Source of the DNA: an uncultured Desulfarculus sp.
GTDB lineage: Bacteria > Desulfobacterota > Desulfarculia > Desulfarculales > Desulfarculaceae
Assembly (NCBI GenBank): GCA_963665125.2
Contig: CAXXUK010000001.1
Coordinates: 2,784,001-2,848,000, forward strand
Length of the DNA stretch: 64,000 nucleotides
Direction of reading: 5' to 3'
This document shows, piece by piece, positions 17,654 through 28,762 of this stretch. Both the position numbers and the translations under genes were made by a program. The notes beneath the pieces were generated by a model. It had not been told where the DNA came from, made no database searches, and saw nothing but the letters and a program-made list of their open reading frames with translations. Each line of letters begins with the position of its first letter. Positions within the stretch are counted from its first letter, which is position 1.

Positions 17654-19558
17654 ATGGGCAAGTATGACGACGCCTATCAAGCGAGCCTGAACGATCCGGA
17701 TAAATTTTGGGGCCAGGCGGCGGAGACCATCACCTGGGACAAAAAGTGGGACAAGGTGCTGGACGACACTGACGCGCCGTTTTACCGCTGGTTCAGCGGA
17801 GGCCGCCTGAACACCTGCTACAACGCCCTGGACAGGCACGTTGAAAACGGCCGCGGCGATCAAACTGCCCTGATCTACGACAGCCCGGTCACCGGCTCCC
17901 AACAGAAGTACACCTATGCCCAATTGCTGGATCTGGTAGCCAAGACGGCCGGTGCCCTGAGGGGCCTTGGCGTTGAAAAAGGCGACACCGTGGTCATCTA
18001 CATGCCCATGGTGCCCCAGGCCGCGGCGGCCATGCTGGCCTGCGCCAGGTTGGGGGCCGTGCATTCGGTGGTCTTCGGCGGCTTCGCGGCCAAGGAATTG
18101 GCCGTGCGCATCGACGACGCCAAGCCCAAGGCCATCATCAGCGCCAGTTGCGGCATCGAGCCGGGCCGCGTGGTGGAATACAAACCGCTTCTGGACAAGG
18201 CCATCGACCTGGCCGGTCACAAGCCAGAGAAATGCTTGATCCTGCAACGGCCCCAGGCCCGGGCGGAGATGACCGCCGGACGGGATCACGACTGGGACGA
18301 AACCGTGGGCAAGGCCCAGCCCGCCGACTGCGTGGTCGTTGAGGCCACCGATCCGCTGTACATCCTCTACACCTCGGGCACCACGGGCATGCCCAAGGGC
18401 ATTGTTCGCGACAACGGAGGCCACGCCGTGGCCCTGGCCTGGAGCATGAAAAACATCTACGGCGTTGATCCGGGCGAGGTCTACTGGGCCGCATCGGACG
18501 TGGGCTGGGTGGTGGGCCACTCCTACATAGTCTATGCGCCGCTTTTGCACGGCTGCACCACGGTTCTCTACGAGGGCAAGCCCGTGGGCACCCCCGACGC
18601 CGGAGCCTTCTGGCGGGTCATCAGCGAACACGGCGTAAAGGTGTTGTTCACCGCGCCCACGGCCTTCCGGGCCATCAAGCGCGAGGACCCCGAAGGCAAA
18701 CTTTTCAAAAATTATGATCTCAGCGGTTTCCGGACCCTGTTCCTGGCCGGGGAACGCACCGACCCCGACACCCTGGAATGGGCCCAGAATCTGCTGAAGC
18801 TGCCGGTCATCGACCACTGGTGGCAGACCGAAACCGGCTGGGCCATTGCCGCCAACTGCATGGGCCTGGACCCGCTGCCGGTCAAACCCGGTTCCCCCAC
18901 CAAGGCCGTACCCGGCTGGAACGTCAAAATCCTCCGGGAGGAAGGCAGCGTGGCCTCGCCCCTGGAAGCCGGGGTGGTGACGGTGAAGCTGCCTCTGCCG
19001 CCGGGCTCCCTGCCCACCCTTTGGCAGGCCCCGGACAGGTTCAAACAGGCCTATCTCGACCCGTTCCCCGGCTACTATTTCACCGGCGATGAAGGCTATC
19101 TCGACGATGACGGCTACTTGTTCATCATGGGCCGGGTCGACGACGTGATCAACGTGGCCGGGCACCGCCTGAGCACCGGAGGCATGGAGGAGGTGGTATC
19201 CCAGCATCCCGATGTGGCCGAATGCGCTGTTATCGGCGTTGCCGACTCGTTCAAGGGTCAGCTTCCGGTTGCCCTGGTGGTGCTCAAATTCGGCGCGGAA
19301 ACGCCACCCGAGGAAATCGAGGCCCAGCTTGTGGCCATGGTCCGGGAGCAGATCGGGCCGGTGGCGGCCTTCAAACGGGCCGTGGTCGTGCCCCGGCTGC
19401 CCAAAACCCGCTCCGGCAAGATACTGCGCGGCACCATGCGCAAGATAGCCGACGGCCGGGCCTATCCCATGCCCTCGACTATCGAGGACCCGGCAGCCCT
19501 GGACGAAATCAGCGATGCCCTGTTTTCCATAGGCCTGGGCGAAGGCCAGCAGAAGTGA
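17654..19558 (+). CDS. prpE: Propionyl-CoA synthetase (acyl-CoA synthetase)
   Basis: LNTCYNALDRH, YILYTSGTTGMPKG, SDVGWVVGHSY, DHWWQTETG, LPKTRSGKILR. Confidence 0.9.
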   Translation: MGKYDDAYQASLNDPDKFWGQAAETITWDKKWDKVLDDTDAPFYRWFSGGRLNTCYNALDRHVENGRGDQTALIYDSPVTGSQQKYTYAQLLDLVAKTAGALRGLGVEKGDTVVIYMPMVPQAAAAMLACARLGAVHSVVFGGFAAKELAVRIDDAKPKAIISASCGIEPGRVVEYKPLLDKAIDLAGHKPEKCLILQRPQARAEMTAGRDHDWDETVGKAQPADCVVVEATDPLYILYTSGTTGMPKGIVRDNGGHAVALAWSMKNIYGVDPGEVYWAASDVGWVVGHSYIVYAPLLHGCTTVLYEGKPVGTPDAGAFWRVISEHGVKVLFTAPTAFRAIKREDPEGKLFKNYDLSGFRTLFLAGERTDPDTLEWAQNLLKLPVIDHWWQTETGWAIAANCMGLDPLPVKPGSPTKAVPGWNVKILREEGSVASPLEAGVVTVKLPLPPGSLPTLWQAPDRFKQAYLDPFPGYYFTGDEGYLDDDGYLFIMGRVDDVINVAGHRLSTGGMEEVVSQHPDVAECAVIGVADSFKGQLPVALVVLKFGAETPPEEIEAQLVAMVREQIGPVAAFKRAVVVPRLPKTRSGKILRGTMRKIADGRAYPMPSTIEDPAALDEISDALFSIGLGEGQQK

Positions 19559-19731
19559 GCCGGATTAAGGGATGATACAGGCATGACGATAAAACCTATT
19601 TGCCGGAAAAAGTAAATCAACACTTGCAGCAAAGGCTGTATGGCGTCATTGTTTAAGAATTAGTACAAAATCACCGATGTGAAAAATATCGGTGATTGAT
19701 CCGACGACACCCTTGACCAGCGGAGCGGCCG

Positions 19732-19890
19732 ATGGACAAATGGGAATGCCCTTGCGGCTATGTTTATGATCCCGCGGTAGGCGATTGGGAGCACGGCATT
19801 GAGCCCGGAACGCCTTTTGAAGACTTGCCTGACGATTGGGTCTGCCCCAAGTGTGAATCGGAAAAACAATTCTTTGAAAAGGTGGAGTAA
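19732..19890 (+). CDS. Rubredoxin (52 aa, absent from the ORF track)
   Basis: Hand translation [58 protein letters not shown]. Confidence 0.93.
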   Translation: MDKWECPCGYVYDPAVGDWEHGIEPGTPFEDLPDDWVCPKCESEKQFFEKVE

Positions 19891-20119
19891 ACACCAAGCC
19901 GGTTCAATGGATTTAACATGGATTCGACTGCTTCGTCGGCAGGGCGGGCCACTGGTTGACTCGGACATGGTTTTGAGTTAAAAGGGCTCCGCGGTGGCAC
20001 ATCGCCTTACGCATTTTAGGAAACAAGCAAATTGAACCAGTCGGTCAAACCAAGTTTGGCCGGCTGGCGTTCGCTAATGGCGGCACGGATTTTTTCAACA
20101 ACCTGATAGACATGGGGGC

Positions 20120-20653
20120 ATGGCCATGCAACAGGAGAACACCAACCGCAGAAGAAAGCTCTACGTCTACAAGGACACGCAACAGGGCTATATTTTGGGT
20201 TATGGACTGGCCGCAGTCACGGTAATGCTGGCGACCGGCTTTTCCATTTATTTTATGGTTCGCGTTGCCGACATGCAACAGTACCAAAACGTCCTGCCGT
20301 TTCTCATCGGCCTCAACATAGCCATCCTGGCGGGATTGCTGCTGATGATAATGGCCCTGGCCCTGGTGGCGTCGCACAAGATCGGTGGACCTTTGTTCCA
20401 TTGTCAGCGGGTGCTGGGCATCGTCACCGAGGGAGATCTGAGGGTCAAGGTCCGCCTCCGGGATGGTGACCGCCTGCATGGCTTGGCCGACGTGATCAAT
20501 GATATGGTCGAAAGCCTTAACATCAGGGTAACCGAGGTGCGGGAAATAGCCGAAGCCTTGCAACAAAAGGCGGGAGACCAGGCGCCACATGATGAAATCG
20601 AGGGGGACGCCCAGCAGCTTTGTCGGCAAATGAACAACATGTTCACGATCTGA
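20120..20653 (+). CDS. Two-TM protein with HAMP domain and short coiled-coil tail
   Basis: SHKIGGPL...EGDLRVKVRLRDGD.L..LA..IN.M HAMP pattern after two TMs. Confidence 0.8.
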   Translation: MAMQQENTNRRRKLYVYKDTQQGYILGYGLAAVTVMLATGFSIYFMVRVADMQQYQNVLPFLIGLNIAILAGLLLMIMALALVASHKIGGPLFHCQRVLGIVTEGDLRVKVRLRDGDRLHGLADVINDMVESLNIRVTEVREIAEALQQKAGDQAPHDEIEGDAQQLCRQMNNMFTI

Positions 20654-21159
20654 TTGTGGAAAAACCGGCGTTTAAATAGTCAATAAAAAGCCAAGTCGCT
20701 CTTTATTAAAACCATTAGAAAAGAGGCTCCGGCTCTTCCATTAGGGCATTGACGAAACAATGTTTCGCCAATCGCTTAATATTCCAAACAATTTCCTCTA
20801 ATATCAATTATGGTCCTGCCAAAGCCAACTTTCAACTCGGATTTTTTGGTGTGATCCGATATGCCAAGCTATCTGCTCGCACGCGAAACTAACGGCGATT
20901 ATTTGATTTTCCCCGCAGGCCGCCCCGGAAACAAAACAGAATTAATACTGACATGTTATGTTTTTTCAGTTGGGCACGACGGAACCAGTCAAAACCATTT
21001 TGGCGTTTTTATATCAATAACGGGTTGCATGTCGGCGGCAATTTGTTCGACAATAGACATCTATGTTTCGTATTATAAAGCACCAAATGAACAAAAATTA
21101 GGATTGTTGGCAATCCTCAATTACTCCTGCATACGCGCAAGCAGCTTTATGGGGTCGTC

Positions 21160-23100
21160 ATGAAAATCAGCCTAAGAAACCGGTTCCTTTTACCCACGAT
21201 CATTCTAGTCGTTATCGCCTTCACGGCATCCACCCTTGTGTCGTATTTCAGCGCCAGTTCTGCTCTGGAAAAAACGGCTGAGAGCGAACTTCACCAGGTA
21301 TCGAAGCTCAATGCGCGATTATTGGAATGGTGGATCGGTGACAGACAGCGGGACATCGCCACATGGTCCACCCAGAAAGTCTATCTGGATTCCATGCAGG
21401 ACACCTTCATGGGTAAGGCCTCCCGTAAAAAGGCTAATGCCGATTTGGAGTCTCTCTTACAAAACTACAAATATTACGAGACCATCAATCTCGTGAACAG
21501 TCAGGGCGAGATAATTGCCAGTTCCAGCATGGAAAAGGTGAAAGACATCAACCTGGCGGACCGCGATTATTTTAAAACCGCCATGCAGGGCAAGGATGCT
21601 ATTTCACCCGTGCTGGTCAGCCGCGCCACCAAGAATCCGATTTTCGTCATTTCCTCTCCGGTGCGCATACGTGACCAGGTCGTTGGCGCGCTGATCGGCG
21701 TGGTGGATCTGGGTTTCTTCAACAAGACCTTTATCGACAACCTTAAATTGGGTGAAAGCGGTTACGCCTATATGTACGATCAGGATGGCCGCATCGTTTC
21801 CCATCCGGACAAGACCCAGATCCTCAAGCTGGATATGAAAGAGTATGATTTCGGTAAAAAGATGATCAGCCAAGGCAGCGGCGTGATCGTCTACGAATAC
21901 AAAGGCGTTGTAAAAACCGTTGCCTTCGACAAGGTGCCGGGCATCAACTGGACCGTTGCCGCGGCGATGGCCAATAATGAGCTGCTGGCAAGCGCCCACC
22001 GTATCGGCTACATCAACCTTATTCTGGCCATTGTCAGCGTGGTGGTTGTGGGTCTGATTATCTTCTTCATATCCGCCGGAATTTCCAAGAGCCTCAAGGC
22101 CATTGCCGACGGTCTTAACCAAGGCGCGGTGCAGGTTGCCGACGCTTCGGCCCAGATGGCCTCGGCCTCCCAGCAGTTGGCCGAAGGATCCAGCCAGCAG
22201 GCCAGCTCTTTGGAAGAAAGCTCCGCCTCTCTGGAGGAAATGGCCGCCATGACCCGGCAAAACGCCGACAGCGCCCAACAGGCCGACACCCTCATGCGCC
22301 AGACCAACCAGCTAATCGCCAGCGCCACCTCGGCCATGGGCGAGTTGACCACGGCCATGCACGACATTTCCGTGGCCAGTGAAAACACCTCGAAAATCAT
22401 CAAAACCATTGACGAGATCGCCTTCCAGACAAACCTGCTGGCCCTGAACGCGGCAGTGGAAGCCGCCCGGGCCGGTGAAGCCGGAGCCGGGTTCGCCGTG
22501 GTGGCCGACGAGGTGCGCAACCTGGCCATGCGGGCTGCCGAGGCCGCCAGAAGCACCGCCGAATTGATCGAGGGCACGGTGGAAAAAGTCAAGGGAGGTG
22601 CCCAATTGGTGGAGACCACTGCCGCCGGTTTTGCCGAAGTGGATGAAAACACCGACAAGGTCGGCGAACTGGTAGGAGAAATAGCCGCGGCCAGCAATGA
22701 ACAGGCCCAGGGTATCGACCAGGTCAACACGGCCATCGCCCAAATGGACAAAATGACCCAAAGCAATGCCGCCAACGCCGAAGAATCCGCCGCATCGTCC
22801 GAAGAAATGAACGCCCAGGCCGAAAGCATGAAGGCATTCGTTTCCAGCCTGGTGGCCTTGGTGGAGGGAAGCTCCGACATTCTCAACACGGCCCAATATG
22901 TAGCCCCAAAGGCCGCCAAGGCTCCGGCCAAACCCAAAAAACCGGCCAAGGCCCCAGCGGCCGCGACTGTCGGCAAGCCAAAGCCGCCCAAGGCCAAAGC
23001 CCCGGCAAAGGCCATTGCGCCCCCGGCTCAGAAAAAGGGTGAAACCCGGCCGGAAGAGGTAATTCCTTTTGATGACGATATGGACTTCCAGGACTTTTAG
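21160..23100 (+). CDS. Methyl-accepting chemotaxis protein with dCache sensor
   Basis: TM-Cache(DRDYF, GYAYMYD..G.I.SHPD)-[37 protein letters not shown]-terminal DFQDF. Confidence 0.95.
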   Translation: MKISLRNRFLLPTIILVVIAFTASTLVSYFSASSALEKTAESELHQVSKLNARLLEWWIGDRQRDIATWSTQKVYLDSMQDTFMGKASRKKANADLESLLQNYKYYETINLVNSQGEIIASSSMEKVKDINLADRDYFKTAMQGKDAISPVLVSRATKNPIFVISSPVRIRDQVVGALIGVVDLGFFNKTFIDNLKLGESGYAYMYDQDGRIVSHPDKTQILKLDMKEYDFGKKMISQGSGVIVYEYKGVVKTVAFDKVPGINWTVAAAMANNELLASAHRIGYINLILAIVSVVVVGLIIFFISAGISKSLKAIADGLNQGAVQVADASAQMASASQQLAEGSSQQASSLEESSASLEEMAAMTRQNADSAQQADTLMRQTNQLIASATSAMGELTTAMHDISVASENTSKIIKTIDEIAFQTNLLALNAAVEAARAGEAGAGFAVVADEVRNLAMRAAEAARSTAELIEGTVEKVKGGAQLVETTAAGFAEVDENTDKVGELVGEIAAASNEQAQGIDQVNTAIAQMDKMTQSNAANAEESAASSEEMNAQAESMKAFVSSLVALVEGSSDILNTAQYVAPKAAKAPAKPKKPAKAPAAATVGKPKPPKAKAPAKAIAPPAQKKGETRPEEVIPFDDDMDFQDF

Positions 23101-23159
23101 CCGACAATATGCGCCTGGATGAAGGCTGGTAATCGGCCTGCACCTCAACTACACAACAA

Positions 23160-23207
23160 AAACCGCCGCTTTGTAGCAAACAGCCGCAGGCGGCGGTTTC
23201 ATTTTCT
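23160..23207 (+). terminator. Putative intrinsic terminator
   Basis: AAACCGCCGC...GGCGGCGGTTT stem followed by CATTTTCTT. Confidence 0.5.
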
Positions 23208-23365
23208 TAAACCACCGTAAAATATGGTCAATTAGCCGAAACAATTCATGTGACGCGGTTTTCACGCTACCGTCATGCAACAGATCCTTTTCAATGATAA
23301 GTGGTAACCAGCATCACCCTCTAGGCTGAACGTGTATTTTCGCCCCACAAACCGGAGCGTCGTCA

Positions 23366-26065
23366 ATGCCCTTGATGGACAGGTTCAAATTACGTACGCG
23401 GCTGATCATCAACTTCATTATTGTCGGCCTGATACCCTTCGCGGCCATTGCCGGGTTTGCCGTATACATGTCCAACTCGGCAATGAGCGAACAAATCACC
23501 GGCCTGATGAGTTCTTCCCGTGAAATGAAGTCAAAGGCCTTGCAGAATTTCCTGGGGCAGAAAACCGGCGACATGGCCGCCTTGGTGGAAACGGTCCGCG
23601 TGCTGCGCCAGGAGGCCTTTGGCAAGCTTCAGGTAGCGCAGGAACTGAAAAAATCGGAAGTTGAAACATATCTGGAGCGGGTCAAAAGCGACACCCTGGC
23701 TCTGGCCTCCAGTCAGGACGTACTCCAGGCCTTTGTCAAAATCCTCACCTATGAAGAAGCATACAACGAAGAAAACCAAAGCCTCAATGCAATGGACGAG
23801 TCGTTCAATCCCAAGGACCCCGGTTTCCGGCCCCTGTACGACATGGTTGCCCCGTTCTTTCGAAGCTTCGCCAAAATCCACGGCTATGACGACATCTACA
23901 TCATCGACCGGGACTTTGGCCTGATCATGTTTTCCATTGCCGAAGCCGACGACCTGGGCAAGCCGCTGACCCGTGACGAGTTGAAAAGCACGGGTTTGGC
24001 CAAGATATGGGCCAAAGTCTGCAAAACCAAGCAATGGGGCATTGAAGACTTCGCCCCATACGGCCCCAAAAACGATCAATGGGCGGCCTTCATCGGCGCT
24101 CCGGTCATCGACACCTTTGGCCGTTTCAAGGCTGTCGTCGTCATCCAGGTCGGCCCTGACCACCTGAACGAGGTGGCGGGCAAACGCCGGGGCATGGGGC
24201 GGACGGGGAGTTCGTATTTTGTAGGCCAGGCCGATGACGTCATCAGCCTGCGTTCGGACATAAGCGGCCAACAACACCAGGCTGTGGGTACGGAACTTGA
24301 CGCCTCGGGAAAAGAGTTCTTGCGGCAGGCCCTGGAAGGCCAAAGCGGCATGGGCCTGTTCAAGGGCCTTGGCGGCACCGAGATCGTGGCCTGGAACCCC
24401 ATTGCCTTTGAGGGGCTCAACTGGGCTATCTTTTCCAGCATAGCCCTGGAAGAGGCCATCGCGCCCCGCTTGGCCGGCAATGATAATGATTTTTACTCCA
24501 TGTTCGCCGCCTCGGGCGGGTATAAGGATCTACTGCTCATCTCTCCCGATGGCGATGTTTTCTATTCCGTGGCTCACAACGGCGAATACCAGACAAACCT
24601 GACCGCGGGCCACAACACCTTGCTGGGAAGGGCCTTTGGCCGGGCCGTTCAAGATGGCGCCCTATCCTTTTCCGATTTTGGCAAATACCGGCATTGGAAT
24701 GGTGAGCCCGGCGCCTTTATCGCCCAGCCTGTTGTGGGTGAAAACGGCACGGAAGTTGTCGTCGCCCTGGGCATGGGCCCAGCGCCCATCCAGGAAATCC
24801 TGGACCAGCGCAAGGGCATGGGCAAGTCGGGCCGAACCATGCTCGCCGGACAGGACGGCAAACAACGGCCTGATCCAAACCTAAGCTCCTTAAAGGACTG
24901 CCCGGCCCTGTCGGCCTCGCAATCCGGCAAAACCGGCATCGCCGAAATGGACATAAACGGCAACAAGGCCTTGTGCGCCTATGGTCCCATGGATTTCGGC
25001 GGCGTCAGGTGGTCACTGCTGACCATCATGGACAAAAACGAGGCCTTCGCCTCGGTGCATGAACTGCGTGACGGCATCATCATCAGCGGCCTGGGCATCG
25101 TCCTGTTTATCATCGCCTTGGGCCTGTTCGCCAGCCGACGGATCAGCGGATCGGTGACCAGGCCCCTCAAGGAAGTGGTAAACCGTCTCGATAATGCGGC
25201 CGAAGAAGTCACCCAGGCTTCCAACAGCGTCACCAACTCGGCCAATCAGCTGGCCAACGACTCCTCATCCCAGGCCGCGTCCTTGGAGGAGGCGGCGGCG
25301 GCCATTGAGCAGATTTCGCACCAGTCGCACCTGACAGCCCAGAATTCCGGCCAAGCCAAGGGCCTGATGGTCGAGGCCATCAAGACAATGGACCGGGCCG
25401 ACGAAGCCATGGATCAGATGACCGAGGCCATGAACGCCATTGCCAGCGCCGGAAGCCAGATCAAGAAAATTGTTGAATCCATCAACTCAATTGCCTTCCA
25501 GACCAACCTACTGGCCATCAACGCGGCGGTGGAAGCTGCCAGGGCCGGAGACGCCGGAGCCGGGTTCGCCGTGGTGGCCGACGAAGTACGCCGGTTGAGC
25601 CAAAAGGCGGCGGCCGCGGCCAACAACACCCAGACGCTGATACAAAGCACGGTTGAGCGGATCAATCGGGGCTCGGAACTTGTGACCAGGGCCAAGGGCT
25701 ATTTCCGGGAATCCGGCGACAATTCGCGCAAGGCCGCCAGCCTGGTGGAGGAGATTGCCGCGGCCAACAGCGAACAGGACAACGACATCAAGGGCCTCAG
25801 CCGCACGGCCGGTGATCTTGGTGACATGGTCCAGAAAAACGCCCAGGTGTCCCAGGAGTCGGCGGCCACGGCGGAAATCCTCCGCGGCCAGGCCCAGGCG
25901 GCCAGCGGCCTGGTGGGCGACCTAACGTCATTGCTGGAAGGCCGCAGAAAAGAGGCCCCGGCAAACGGCAACGGCAACGGAACAAAAATCGACCCGTTGC
26001 CCATTTCCGTATCCCTGGCCCAGCTTACCGGAGATATCCGCCAGGAGCTTGGCGAAGAGTTTTAG
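23366..26065 (+). CDS. Large methyl-accepting chemotaxis protein with tandem Cache-like modules
   Basis: Long periplasmic region with two similar modules; [20 protein letters not shown] signalling tip. Confidence 0.93.
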   Translation: MPLMDRFKLRTRLIINFIIVGLIPFAAIAGFAVYMSNSAMSEQITGLMSSSREMKSKALQNFLGQKTGDMAALVETVRVLRQEAFGKLQVAQELKKSEVETYLERVKSDTLALASSQDVLQAFVKILTYEEAYNEENQSLNAMDESFNPKDPGFRPLYDMVAPFFRSFAKIHGYDDIYIIDRDFGLIMFSIAEADDLGKPLTRDELKSTGLAKIWAKVCKTKQWGIEDFAPYGPKNDQWAAFIGAPVIDTFGRFKAVVVIQVGPDHLNEVAGKRRGMGRTGSSYFVGQADDVISLRSDISGQQHQAVGTELDASGKEFLRQALEGQSGMGLFKGLGGTEIVAWNPIAFEGLNWAIFSSIALEEAIAPRLAGNDNDFYSMFAASGGYKDLLLISPDGDVFYSVAHNGEYQTNLTAGHNTLLGRAFGRAVQDGALSFSDFGKYRHWNGEPGAFIAQPVVGENGTEVVVALGMGPAPIQEILDQRKGMGKSGRTMLAGQDGKQRPDPNLSSLKDCPALSASQSGKTGIAEMDINGNKALCAYGPMDFGGVRWSLLTIMDKNEAFASVHELRDGIIISGLGIVLFIIALGLFASRRISGSVTRPLKEVVNRLDNAAEEVTQASNSVTNSANQLANDSSSQAASLEEAAAAIEQISHQSHLTAQNSGQAKGLMVEAIKTMDRADEAMDQMTEAMNAIASAGSQIKKIVESINSIAFQTNLLAINAAVEAARAGDAGAGFAVVADEVRRLSQKAAAAANNTQTLIQSTVERINRGSELVTRAKGYFRESGDNSRKAASLVEEIAAANSEQDNDIKGLSRTAGDLGDMVQKNAQVSQESAATAEILRGQAQAASGLVGDLTSLLEGRRKEAPANGNGNGTKIDPLPISVSLAQLTGDIRQELGEEF

Positions 26066-26087
26066 CCATCGCAAAAGCCCCGTGTCT

Positions 26088-28760
26088 TTAATGGGCCTGG
26101 GCCCAGTTGGAGCCATGGCCCACGTCCACCTTCAACTCCACGGCCAGTTCGATGACGTTTTCCATCTCGTGGCGCACGGCCTCGATGAACTCGTCCATGC
26201 GATTTTCCGGGGCCTCGAAGACCAGTTCGTCGTGCACCTGGAGGATCATCAGGGCCTCGGGGAATTTCCTGGTCAGCATTTCATCCACCCGCAGCATGGC
26301 CAGCTTTATGATGTCGGCGGCCGAGCCCTGGATTGGCGTGTTCAGGGCGATGCGCTCGGCGCCCTGGCGGGCCACCCGGTCACTGCTGTTGATGGCCGGT
26401 AAAAAGCGGCGGCGGCCCAGGATGGTGGTCACATAGCCCGTCTGGCGGCACTGGCTCAGATTGTGCTGCTGGAAATCGGCAATGCCCTTGTAGCGGCCCA
26501 GGTAACGCTCGATGATGTCCTCGGCCTCCCGGCGGCTGATGCCCTGTTCACGGGCCAGGCGGAAGGCGCTCATGCCGTAGAGCACGCCGAAGTTGACGGT
26601 CTTGGCTCTGGCCCGCATCTCCCGTGTGACCAGGCCGGGCATCACGTCGAAGATGCGGGCGGCGGTCTGGGTGTGCACGTCCAGACCCTCTGACATGTCC
26701 TGGACCAACAGGGGGTCCTGGCTCAGATGGGCCAGCACCCGCAGTTCGATCTGGCTGTAGTCGGCGGCCACCATGACCATGCCCGGACCGGGGATAAAGC
26801 ACTCCCTGATGCGCAGGCCCAGTTCATTGCGCACGGGGATGTTTTGCAGGTTGGGGTCCGAGGAACTGAGCCTGCCCGTGGCCGTGACGCACTGGTTGAA
26901 GCTGGTGTGCACCCGGCCCGTTTCCGGATTGATCAGTTCGGGCAGGGCGTCGACATAGGTGCTCTTGATCTTGGCGTCTGTGCGGTAATTCAGGACCTCT
27001 GCGGGCAGGGGATGCTCGGCGGCCAGGATCGTCAACACGCTGACATCCGTGGAATAGGCCGTGCGTTTTTTGGTCTTCTTGACCTGTTTGAGGCCCAGCT
27101 CCTCGAACAGCACCTGGCCCAGTTGCTGGGTGGAGTTGATGTTGAACTCGTGACCGGCCATCTTGTATATGGCCTCCACGGACTCTTGCAGCCGGGCCTC
27201 CAGTTCCTTGGACAGCTCGCCCAGGGCCTCGGCGTCGATAAGCACGCCGATGCGCTCCATCTTGGCCAACAGCGGCATCAGGGGCATTTCCAGATCCATG
27301 AACAGATCCGTCAGCCCGGCCTTGTCCAGCTTTGGGGCCAGCTCGTCGGCGGCCTGCAGGGCCACGTCGGCGTCTTCGGCCGCGTAGGGCACGGCCTTGT
27401 CCGGCGTGGTTTGATCAAAGGGCAGGCCCTTGCCGCCGGTGGCTTCCTCGTAGGTGATCATCTTGCGGCCCAAATGCTCGGCGGCGATTGCCTCCAGGCC
27501 GTGGCTGGTCCGCGCCGGGTTGAGCAGATAGTCGGCGATCATGGTGTCGAACATGGGCCCGGCCACTTCCAGGCCCGCCCGTTTGAGCACGTTTATGTCG
27601 TACTTGAGATTCTGGCCCACCTTGATAACGTTTTGGTCGGCCAGCAGCCCGGCCAGCTCTTTTAAAGCCTCGGCCTTGGCAAGCTGGGCCTCGGCGGCGT
27701 CCCACTTGTGGGCCAGGGGGCCGTACCAGCCGGAGTGGGGCTCCAGGCTCAGGGAAAAGCCCACCAGGTCGGCGCGGATGGCGTCGATGGACGTGGTCTC
27801 GGTGTCCACGGACACCCTGCCCCGCTCCTTGGCCTCGGCGATGATCTGGCGCAGTTGTACGATATCTTCGATGCGCCTGTAGTCGGTCTCCGGCGCGGGG
27901 CCGGCCCCGGCGAACTGCTTGGCCAGGCGGGTGAACTCCAGCTTGGTCAACAGGGGCAAAAGCACCTCCCGGTCGGGCTGGACCACCTCAAAAGCATCGG
28001 GGTCGAACTCCACCGGAGCATCCTGGGCCAGGCGCACCAGATCCCGGCTGAGCAGGGCCAGGTCGGCGTTGTCGATGAGGTTTTGGCGCATCTTGGATTT
28101 TTTCATGTCCGGCGCGGCGGCCAGGACCTGCTCAAGGCTGGGGTGCTCGGCCAAGAGCTTCACGGCGGTCTTGGGGCCCACCCCTGGCACGCCGGGCACG
28201 TTGTCGGTGCTGTCGCCGGTGAGCGCCTGCATATCCACCTGCATCTCGGGCCACAGGCCGGTCTTCTCCCGGACCTCGTCCGGGCCCATGCGCAGGTCCT
28301 TCATGGTGTCCCAGATGGTCACGTGCTCGTTTACGAGTTGAAACAGGTCCTTGTCGCCGGAGACCAGCACCACGTCGAATCCCCGGTCCACGGCCTTTTT
28401 GGCCAGGGTGGCCATGAGGTCGTCGGCCTCGAAGCCCTCCATCTCAACGGCGGGCAGGCTCAGGGCCGTGACCAGCTGGCGCACCAGGGGCAGCTGGGCC
28501 TTGAGGGCCGGGTCCATGGGCGGGCGGTTGGCCTTGTAGGCCTTGTACATCTTGTGACGGAAGGTGGGGCCCTTGGCGTCGTAGATCACGCCCAAGTGGC
28601 TGGGCCCGGCGTCGGCCAATACCTTGAGCACCATGTTGGCGAAACCGAACACGGCGTTTGTGGGCACGCCGTCGGATGTGCTCAGGCCCTTGACGGCGTG
28701 AAAGGCCCGGTGGATGTAGCTGGAGGCGTCCAGCAGGTAGAGGATCGGTCGGTCGGCCAA
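26088..28760 (-). CDS. polA: DNA polymerase I
   Basis: 5'-3' exonuclease (YKANR, EADD, GDSTDNVPGVPGVGPKTA), 3'-5' exonuclease (DTET), polymerase motifs ADYSQIELR, AKTVNFGVLYG, QVHDEL; TTG start. Confidence 0.98.
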   Translation of the reverse strand: MADRPILYLLDASSYIHRAFHAVKGLSTSDGVPTNAVFGFANMVLKVLADAGPSHLGVIYDAKGPTFRHKMYKAYKANRPPMDPALKAQLPLVRQLVTALSLPAVEMEGFEADDLMATLAKKAVDRGFDVVLVSGDKDLFQLVNEHVTIWDTMKDLRMGPDEVREKTGLWPEMQVDMQALTGDSTDNVPGVPGVGPKTAVKLLAEHPSLEQVLAAAPDMKKSKMRQNLIDNADLALLSRDLVRLAQDAPVEFDPDAFEVVQPDREVLLPLLTKLEFTRLAKQFAGAGPAPETDYRRIEDIVQLRQIIAEAKERGRVSVDTETTSIDAIRADLVGFSLSLEPHSGWYGPLAHKWDAAEAQLAKAEALKELAGLLADQNVIKVGQNLKYDINVLKRAGLEVAGPMFDTMIADYLLNPARTSHGLEAIAAEHLGRKMITYEEATGGKGLPFDQTTPDKAVPYAAEDADVALQAADELAPKLDKAGLTDLFMDLEMPLMPLLAKMERIGVLIDAEALGELSKELEARLQESVEAIYKMAGHEFNINSTQQLGQVLFEELGLKQVKKTKKRTAYSTDVSVLTILAAEHPLPAEVLNYRTDAKIKSTYVDALPELINPETGRVHTSFNQCVTATGRLSSSDPNLQNIPVRNELGLRIRECFIPGPGMVMVAADYSQIELRVLAHLSQDPLLVQDMSEGLDVHTQTAARIFDVMPGLVTREMRARAKTVNFGVLYGMSAFRLAREQGISRREAEDIIERYLGRYKGIADFQQHNLSQCRQTGYVTTILGRRRFLPAINSSDRVARQGAERIALNTPIQGSAADIIKLAMLRVDEMLTRKFPEALMILQVHDELVFEAPENRMDEFIEAVRHEMENVIELAVELKVDVGHGSNWAQAH

Positions 28761-28762
28761 TA

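Noticed and set aside
20654..21159. ORF 20861-21163 and possible riboswitch or sigma28 promoter in the AT-rich gap before the MCP
   Set aside because: The ORF has atypical composition and no SD or motif; no promoter or aptamer match with correct spacing was found
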